Shown piece by piece: positions 63,834 to 64,000 of a DNA stretch of 64,000 bases. The stretch is taken from NCBI GenBank assembly GCA_016198905.1, contig JACQHR010000013.1, positions 70,153 to 134,152 on the forward strand, written 5' to 3'. The notes below the pieces were generated by a model. That model did not search any database. It was not told where the DNA came from and was given only the letters and a program-made list of their open reading frames with translations. The translations under genes were made by a program, and so were the position numbers. Origin of the DNA: Candidatus Omnitrophota bacterium. GTDB taxonomy: Bacteria; Omnitrophota; Gorgyraeia; Aquiviventales; Aquiviventaceae. Numbering within the stretch: the first letter of the stretch is position 1; the number at the start of each line of letters is the position of its first letter.

Positions 63834-63915
63834 CAGAACCATCCTGCTCTGTCGAAAACTCCTTGCGATAGCTCCCAGGGCCACGGGTGAGCTTTTCGAC
63901 AGAGCAGAACCATCC
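63834..63915. repeat. 15-bp perfect-stem hairpin flanked by an 11-nt direct repeat
   Basis: cagaaccatcc-tgctctgtcgaaaa...(34 nt)...ttttcgacagagcagaaccatcc. Confidence 0.5.
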
Positions 63916-64000
63916 CCTATTTTCCATGCCACTTCCATGCACGCCTGAAACCGAGCTCCTCAGCCTCTTTTACGGTCGAAACGCACTTTTCCATCCTCTC

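Noticed and set aside
63952-63960. 9-nt match (gagctcctc...) to the start of the MITE terminal repeat
   Set aside because: Only 9 of 19 nt match and there is no partner repeat. This is expected by chance in 128 kb of two-strand sequence.

Overview
64-kb, visibly GC-rich (about 60 percent by eye, not computed), very gene-dense bacterial chromosomal segment. It holds roughly 85 protein genes and 2 tRNAs (Ala-GGC, Leu-CAA). I found no rRNA, no CRISPR array and no intact transposase or integrase. From about 8.3 kb onward almost all genes are on the minus strand. Housekeeping backbone: nfo, an NfeD/stomatin pair, accA, comM/yifB, folC, purH, pabB/pabC, gpmA, an Ogg-like glycosylase, dcd, class II RNR nrdJ (with tandem NrdR-box-like sites), clpB, htpX. 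Between comM (13 kb) and about 37 kb lies an accessory-looking block: (i) an ArsR / MMPL-RND / LolA-like / outer-membrane-barrel export cluster; (ii) a Fur-headed FTR1 iron operon with four small unknown proteins and a His-rich outer-membrane barrel; (iii) a six-gene Hyf/Ech-like membrane complex whose large subunit has none of the NiFe cysteine ligands (Ehr type), translationally coupled to an HTH + PTS-EIIA protein; (iv) decay and mobility traces. These traces are three paralogous XRE-type HTH genes (one frameshifted), an amber-interrupted mazF, a 333-bp TIR/TSD-flanked MITE-like element inserted in frame into the 3-prime end of a trypsin-like protease, and a duplicated tRNA-Leu 3-prime end. 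Elsewhere there is a self-contained operon of lysine 2,3-aminomutase plus two Ddl-family ATP-grasp ligases behind a terminator-containing leader, heptad-periodic hairpin arrays at several gene boundaries, and an exonuclease-WYL fusion. Best candidates for undescribed biology: the Ehr + EIIA module, the kamA/ATP-grasp operon and the Fur/FTR1 operon. All family assignments come from motif recognition by eye; no searches or computations were run. Many start codons were re-placed relative to the ORF track and remain uncertain.
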